Source: a virus
Taxonomy: Duplodnaviria; Caudoviricetes
Direction: 5' to 3' (one strand)
DNA: 64,000 nt
IMG/VR virus record: IMGVR_UViG_3300032280_000786
Location: 1 to 64,000 of that record
Shown here: positions 58,903 through 64,000 of the stretch, one piece after another
Layout of the letters: every line of letters begins with the position of its first letter
How positions within the stretch are numbered: position 1 is the stretch's first letter
The notes under the pieces: model-generated
What the model was told of the DNA's origin: nothing
Database searches by the model: none
Seen by the model: only the letters and a program-made list of their open reading frames with translations
Made by a program: the position numbers and the translations under genes

Positions 58903-59823
58903 ATGAAAGAAATTAAAAAGTGTAAGTGGTGTAATAAAGAGATAGTTGAACTAAGATCAGATGCTATATTTTGTAGAAGGCTTGTAAAAATATTTACAGA
59001 AGATCTGAAAAAAATAAAAGAGTTAAGAATGAGAGTTTGTAATGTATGTGAAATTGAAAAAGAAATGACTGAATATAATCTTACTAAGGAAGGTAAGTAT
59101 AAATACAAATGTTGTAAGTCTTGTTATTCTATTAAAAGAAAGGTAGGTAGTAAAATTTACTATGAAGAAAACAAAGATATACTAAATGAGAAAAGTAGAA
59201 AATACTATCAGGAAAATAAAGAAGTTATCTATGAAAAATATAAGTTATATCTTACTAATAATAAAGATAAGATAAATGAATATATCAAAGATTGGAGGGA
59301 AGAGAATAAAGAAATTATAAAAGAAAAGAGTTTGAAATATAGAGAAGAAAATAAAGATACTTTAATAGAGAGTAAAAAATTATATTATCAAAATCTATCA
59401 ACTGATGAGAAAGAAAAGTTGAAAGAACAAAAGAGAATAAACTATAATAATAATTTAGAAGAGAATAGAATAAAAAAGAATAACTATATCAAACAAAAAA
59501 TGAATGATCCATTATTCAAATTATGTTTTAATACACGAACTCTTATCAGAAACTCTATTAAAAGACAATTCACTAAAAAATCTAAAAAAACACAAGAAAT
59601 ACTTGGATGTTCGTTTGAAGAGTTTAAGATATATTTAGAAGAACAATTTGATGAAAATATGAACTGGGATAACCAAGGTTCGTATTGGCACATGGATCAT
59701 AAAAAACCTATATCATTGGCAATGACTGAAGAAGAAGTTTATAAATTAAATCATTATACCAATTTTCAACCACTTTATTGGGAGGATAATTTAAGTAAAG
59801 GAAATAAATATAATTTTATTTAA
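58903..59823 (+). CDS. HNH-family endonuclease with a fused partial Zn-finger leader
   Basis: CKWC..RSDAIFC leader; MRVCNVC from 59029; WHMDHKKP..HYTNFQPLYWEDNLSK. Confidence 0.82.
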   Translation: MKEIKKCKWCNKEIVELRSDAIFCRRLVKIFTEDLKKIKELRMRVCNVCEIEKEMTEYNLTKEGKYKYKCCKSCYSIKRKVGSKIYYEENKDILNEKSRKYYQENKEVIYEKYKLYLTNNKDKINEYIKDWREENKEIIKEKSLKYREENKDTLIESKKLYYQNLSTDEKEKLKEQKRINYNNNLEENRIKKNNYIKQKMNDPLFKLCFNTRTLIRNSIKRQFTKKSKKTQEILGCSFEEFKIYLEEQFDENMNWDNQGSYWHMDHKKPISLAMTEEEVYKLNHYTNFQPLYWEDNLSKGNKYNFI

Positions 59824-59834
59824 TATATACTTTA

Positions 59835-60698
59835 ATGAAATATATTAAAACATACGAAGGTTTATTCGACTACTTCAAAAAAGAAAGTAAAGATAAACGC
59901 ACTAAGACTAAACAGATTAAACAAGGTCTTACTAAACTAATAAATGATTATAAGTTAAGAATTGATAATAATTGGTCTCGTACTTTAATTCCTATCAGTG
60001 GTAAAGGAAATACACAACTTAATACAAATGATGGTAAAATTTGGATAAACATAAATGATGATTTTACAGTAGATGTTGCAGGTAATGTTGCTATGCGTTT
60101 TGGCTATGACAAAGATTTACCTTGTAAGTTTAATAGAATAAATGGTAATTTCTTTATTGAGTTAAGTTTTTCTATCGATGATTTTATTGATAAATTTCCT
60201 GAAAGGGTTGAGGGTAAACTAAGTATAACTAATTGTGGATTGGATTCACTAAAAAATCTACCAACAAAATATGTTGGTAAAGACTTTGATTGTAGTTCTA
60301 ATAATTTAGAAACACTTGAAGGATTACCAGAACATATTGGTATTGAAATTAACGCAGAGTCAAATGATATTTATGCATTTGATGGTTTAGAAAATTATGG
60401 AATTACTATTCATACATATCTTAACCCAATCATAAACGTTAAATTTTATGATAAAATTAGTAATGATTATATCAATTTAGAAACACTTATTTTAAGTACT
60501 AGTATTCATAACCGTCATGATTTAAAAGATAGAGATTCAAATCTTGATATATATAAAGCGTGTGATCCAATTCATCCACCTTTAAAGAAAGGAGATAAAC
60601 CTATCATCTATCTTAATAGAATGGAAGCATTTGCTAGTGAACTAGATATAGAATTTAAGGTAACTGATCTTTTAAAACGATACTATGATGTAAGATAA
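59835..60698 (+). CDS. Leucine-rich-repeat-like protein with capsid-targeting-like N-terminus
   Basis: MKYIKTYEG; ITNCGLDSLKNLP..VGKDFDCSSNNLETLEGLP..SNDIYAFDGL. Confidence 0.65.
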   Translation: MKYIKTYEGLFDYFKKESKDKRTKTKQIKQGLTKLINDYKLRIDNNWSRTLIPISGKGNTQLNTNDGKIWININDDFTVDVAGNVAMRFGYDKDLPCKFNRINGNFFIELSFSIDDFIDKFPERVEGKLSITNCGLDSLKNLPTKYVGKDFDCSSNNLETLEGLPEHIGIEINAESNDIYAFDGLENYGITIHTYLNPIINVKFYDKISNDYINLETLILSTSIHNRHDLKDRDSNLDIYKACDPIHPPLKKGDKPIIYLNRMEAFASELDIEFKVTDLLKRYYDVR

Positions 60699-61190
60699 TT
60701 ATAGGAGAACATCTAACGCTCTTTCTACATCAACGAAACCTACTTGTGGATTTACTTTAATAACTTTCCAATCTGGAATTATATCAACTATATCAGAAAT
60801 TTGATCATCAATAACTAAATACTTTGTAAAATGATTACTATTTAACCAATCTTGTATTTCTAAACCTCTGTGTCCTATTGGGATTGGACTACCATCTTTT
60901 AAATGTCCTAATCCGGTTTTACCAATAACTTCACCGATAACACCTCTATCTTTAAAGATTTTTTGAAGTTCTTCTAATGATAGATGTATTCTCCAGTTTG
61001 AAGTAACAACAATCTTAGCGTTGGTTAAAAAGATAACTTCATTTAGATTATCAACTAATTCTTTATCAAATAAACGATTGACACCACGATATACGGGTGC
61101 TACAAGTTTTTTAGACCAATCTAAATCACTTTTATGAGTTCTTAAAACTCCGTCTATATCTAAAAAGATTATTTTTGTTGTGAAGATCAT
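60699..61190 (-). CDS. HAD-superfamily phosphatase (Swiss-Army-knife RNA-repair type)
   Basis: IIFLDIDGVL, IVVTSNWR, RGLEIQDWL, YLVIDD. Confidence 0.85.
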   Translation of the reverse strand: MIFTTKIIFLDIDGVLRTHKSDLDWSKKLVAPVYRGVNRLFDKELVDNLNEVIFLTNAKIVVTSNWRIHLSLEELQKIFKDRGVIGEVIGKTGLGHLKDGSPIPIGHRGLEIQDWLNSNHFTKYLVIDDQISDIVDIIPDWKVIKVNPQVGFVDVERALDVLL

Positions 61191-61201
61191 TTTATTTTTT
61201 A

Positions 61202-61209
61202 CAAATATA
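61202..61209 (-). promoter_or_regulatory. Bacteroidota-type -7 element TATATTTG
   Basis: Upstream of the HAD gene; divergent TAATATATA at 61230-61238. Confidence 0.7.
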
Positions 61210-61262
61210 CAAAAAAGTATGATAAGATTTAATATATAGTATAATAAAAATAAAATACCTAC

Positions 61263-62423
61263 ATGAGAAATCTGTATAAATTCATAGATTTTATAAAAGA
61301 AGAACTTAGAATTGATAAAATGAATTCTGAAGATTTGGAAAGAATAAAGATTGATTTATTAAAAAGAATTGATGAATATAAAGTTTTCATATTAAATAAT
61401 ATAGAATACGACCTTAAAACTAATAAAATTGTTTATAAAGGATTTGAAGAAATAAATGTTGATTTAATAGTAACTGAATTAAATAATGAATTTGGTGCTG
61501 AAGTTATACAAGATTTAAACATTGAAACCTTACTTCTAAAAGTAGAACAACTTTTAGAACTTAAAAGAAGAGATACTAAAAAAAATATCAGAAAACAGTT
61601 TGATGATTTTGCCAAAACAATTGATAATAGAATATCTGTTATTAAAACTGGTGAAGAAGCTCAACACTTTGATGAATTTGAAGGAGAAAGTTCTCTTATT
61701 AAAAGAAAAGAATTTGAGGCAGAGAAATATCATATACAAGTAGAACTTTTAAAACTTCAAGAATGGGTAATAGCTAATAAAAAAAGAGTTGCCATAGTTT
61801 TTGAAGGAAGAGATTCTGCAGGAAAAGGATCTACAATCAAAAGATTTATTGAATATCTTAATCCAAAGGGATTTAGAGTAGTTGCTTTAGGAGTTCCAAC
61901 ACCAGAAGAGAAAGAAAATTGGTTTGCAAGATATGAAGCTCAGATGCCAAAAGAAGGAGAAATTGTTTTCTTTGATAGATCTTGGTATAATAGAGCGGTG
62001 GTAGAACCAGCAATGGGATATTGTACTGAAGAACAATATAAAGATTTTATGGAAAATGTTGTCAAGTGGGAAGAAAAGATGATAAGAAAACAAGATCTTT
62101 ATTTAGTAAAATTATGGTTTTCTATAACAAAAGAAAAACAATTAAAACGTTTTGATTTAAGACAACAAAGCCCTTTAAAATATTGGAAGTTTTCTCCTAA
62201 TGATGCAAAGGTTGTAGATAAATGGGATGTAATAGGTGAATATAAAAATCAAATGTTTACTGTAACTTCAAGTAGAACAACACCTTGGGTAATAATAAAC
62301 TCTAATGATAAGAAGATAGGAATGCTCAATGCAATGAGATATGTACTTTCTAAAATACCCTATGATGGTAAAAATAGAAAAATAAGTGAATACTATCCAG
62401 AAGTAGTAAGTGTATTAACATAA
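61263..62423 (+). CDS. ppk2: Polyphosphate kinase 2 with an N-terminal extension of about 140 aa
   Basis: QVELLKLQ, FEGRDSAGKG, FDRSWYNRAVVEP, R...PLKYWKFSPND, PW.II.SNDK. Confidence 0.93.
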   Translation: MRNLYKFIDFIKEELRIDKMNSEDLERIKIDLLKRIDEYKVFILNNIEYDLKTNKIVYKGFEEINVDLIVTELNNEFGAEVIQDLNIETLLLKVEQLLELKRRDTKKNIRKQFDDFAKTIDNRISVIKTGEEAQHFDEFEGESSLIKRKEFEAEKYHIQVELLKLQEWVIANKKRVAIVFEGRDSAGKGSTIKRFIEYLNPKGFRVVALGVPTPEEKENWFARYEAQMPKEGEIVFFDRSWYNRAVVEPAMGYCTEEQYKDFMENVVKWEEKMIRKQDLYLVKLWFSITKEKQLKRFDLRQQSPLKYWKFSPNDAKVVDKWDVIGEYKNQMFTVTSSRTTPWVIINSNDKKIGMLNAMRYVLSKIPYDGKNRKISEYYPEVVSVLT

Positions 62424-62450
62424 AAAAACTCTTTATATAAAGAGTTTTTT
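62423..62450. terminator. Bidirectional intrinsic terminator
   Basis: AAAAAACTCTTTA-TA-TAAAGAGTTTTTT. Confidence 0.75.
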
Positions 62451-62455
62451 ATTTA

Positions 62456-62734
62456 CTAGTAATCATCATTATCAAAAGAGTCGTCTGACCAACCATCATC
62501 ATCCCAATCATCATCTTCTTCACCATGTTCTAAATCTTCAAATATGTCATTTTCTTCAAAAAGATCAATTAGTTGTTCAACTTCAGTTTCGTCTAAGTCA
62601 ATGTCTTCAATTTTTAACATATCTCCGTTTAGGTCATACTCAATTTTTCCTTCGTTTTTAAGTGATTTTAGTTTCGCTAAAACACCTTTTCTGTCGATAC
62701 ATTCATCCATGTTCCACCATTTTTCTAGTTCCAT
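62456..62734 (-). CDS. Very acidic small protein
   Basis: 92 aa, D/E-rich tail. Confidence 0.7.
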   Translation of the reverse strand: MELEKWWNMDECIDRKGVLAKLKSLKNEGKIEYDLNGDMLKIEDIDLDETEVEQLIDLFEENDIFEDLEHGEEDDDWDDDGWSDDSFDNDDY

Positions 62735-62752
62735 AATATATAATTATTTTTT

Positions 62753-62938
62753 TTAAAATTTTTTAATAACATCCTTACCTCTTTTTTCCATATCATTTCT
62801 AATGAGGTTTTCAATATATTTAGACTTATTAGAGATTTCATTATCGTCTAAATATTTTTCAAATAATTCTACAACTTTTTCATCAATTGTAAGTGTCATT
62901 TTCTCTTTTTTCTTATCATCTGGTATTCTATGTCTCAT
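62753..62938 (-). CDS. Ribbon-helix-helix DNA-binding protein
   Basis: KEKMTLTID (strand) EKVVELFEKY (helix) SNKSKYIENLI (helix). Confidence 0.75.
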   Translation of the reverse strand: MRHRIPDDKKKEKMTLTIDEKVVELFEKYLDDNEISNKSKYIENLIRNDMEKRGKDVIKKF

Positions 62939-63048
62939 AACTTATAAAGTTTTTTATTTTTTTATAAAAAAATACTAAAAAAACACAAAAATAATACTTT
63001 TTGACTTTTTTTATTTAATATATATATTATAAAAAATTAGTAAATTAT

Positions 63049-63210
63049 ATGAAAAAGAAAAGTAAAGTTGTTTTATCGGTATCAGTTGATAGACAATTAT
63101 CGGATTTAATGAAAGAAAATATATCAAATAAGTCTAAATATATTGAATGGTTGATATATCAAGATATGAAGAATAATAATGTAAATGGAATAGAAAAAAT
63201 AATAATATAA
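63049..63210 (+). CDS. Ribbon-helix-helix DNA-binding protein (53 aa)
   Basis: Hand-found MKKKSKVVLSVSVDRQLSDLMKENISNKSKYIEWLIYQDM...; TAATATATA at 63016-63024. Confidence 0.75.
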   Translation: MKKKSKVVLSVSVDRQLSDLMKENISNKSKYIEWLIYQDMKNNNVNGIEKIII

Positions 63211-63918
63211 ATGAAAATCTGTAATACTTGTAGTGAATTAAAAGACATAGAATTGTTCTTTAGAAATAAAAATACTAAAGATGGTAGACATTCATCATGT
63301 AAAGATTGTCAAAATAAATCTAAAAATTATGATAAGATAAAAAGAAAAGAGTATTATGATAATACTAAACATAGAGACAATGAAAAAATAAAAATGAGAC
63401 GTAGAAATTATTATTTGAATAACAAAGAAAAAGAAAATAAACTATCTGTGGAGTATAAAGAAAAAAACAGAGAAAATATAAATAAATATGCTATAGATTA
63501 TTATTATACTAATAAAGATACAGAGAAATATAAAGAAACTAAAAGAAATTACTATAAAAATAGATTAGATAATGATACTTTGTATAAAATTAGACATTAT
63601 TTAACTTGTATGTTAGGAACTTACTTTAGAAATGGTGGATTTACAAAGAAGACTAGAACATATGAAATATTAGGATGTTCATTTGAAGAGTTCAAATTAC
63701 ACCTAGAAAGTAAGTTTGAACCTTGGATGAATTGGGAAAATAGAGGTTTATATAATGGTGAAGTAAATTATGGATGGGACCTAGATCATATTATACCAAT
63801 TTCCTCGGCCGAAACCGAGGAAGATATAATTAAACTAAACCACTATACTAATTTAAGACCTTTGTGTAGTTATGTAAACAGAGTAATCAAGAAGGACAAA
63901 CTAGGTTTCTCTTTTTAA
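63211..63918 (+). CDS. HNH-family homing endonuclease
   Basis: CNTC..CKDC; WDLDHIIPIS..NHYTNLRPLCSYVNRVIKK. Confidence 0.85.
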   Translation: MKICNTCSELKDIELFFRNKNTKDGRHSSCKDCQNKSKNYDKIKRKEYYDNTKHRDNEKIKMRRRNYYLNNKEKENKLSVEYKEKNRENINKYAIDYYYTNKDTEKYKETKRNYYKNRLDNDTLYKIRHYLTCMLGTYFRNGGFTKKTRTYEILGCSFEEFKLHLESKFEPWMNWENRGLYNGEVNYGWDLDHIIPISSAETEEDIIKLNHYTNLRPLCSYVNRVIKKDKLGFSF

Positions 63919-64000
63919 AATTCTTGAAATTTCAGTTTCTGGTAATCTCGGCAAATCTTTATCTGCTGAGTACTTTGTCGCAATCCAAAATTTCTCTCCT
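63901..64000 (-). CDS. 3' end of a gene entering from beyond the window
   Basis: Open frame ...GEKFWIATKYSADKDLPRLPETEISRILKRET*. Confidence 0.4.
   Translation of the reverse strand, partial: GEKFWIATKYSADKDLPRLPETEISRILKRET

Noticed and set aside
247-62756. Short antisense or off-frame ORFs in the track (e.g. 247..444, 2069..2281, 8031..8339, 21234..21569, 37577..37777, 50554..50820, 62544..62756)
   Set aside because: They are shadows of better-supported genes on the other strand or frame, with no start signals or motifs.
1-64000. Alternative genetic code (TAG/TGA reassignment), as in some large phages
   Set aside because: Code-11 ORFs tile the window with full-length proteins. The one internal stop is TAA, the dominant stop codon here.
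1-64000. tRNA, rRNA, integrase or IS transposase genes
   Set aside because: No T-loop/anticodon-arm patterns, long non-coding stretches, or recombinase/transposase motifs were seen.

Overview
This is a 64 kb segment of a very AT-rich, densely coding, T4-like (myovirus) large phage genome in the standard genetic code. The host is probably Bacteroidota: TAnnTTTG promoters, A-rich leaders without Shine-Dalgarno sequences, and Hc1-like, BFN-UVR and prs genes all point that way. Structural genes include two collagen-containing tail fibres, a gp6-like baseplate wedge and a holin. Other genes include Dam, PRPP synthetase, two MazG-like pyrophosphatases, a guanylate-kinase-like gene, PPK2, two glycosyltransferases, a flavodoxin-like protein, a J-domain protein, a signal-less Skp and two AAA ATPases. 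Ten free-standing homing-endonuclease genes or remnants take up about 7 kb. Four signals stand out. (1) The kinase Walker A is split by an in-frame stop, GGT-TAA-GGA, directly after a C(UUCG)G hairpin made of rare codons, which suggests programmed ribosomal stop-hopping. (2) About 14 proteins carry a T4 capsid-targeting-like tag, some apparently at the C-terminus; they include PPK2, an ADP-ribosyltransferase-like protein, a zincin-like protein and an LRR protein. (3) A TAATATATA motif often lies 0-5 nt from the ATG. (4) A head-to-head pair of paralogous RHH genes precedes an HNH gene. No tRNA, rRNA, CRISPR array, integrase or reverse transcriptase was seen. All functional calls come from motif recognition by eye; no database search was run.
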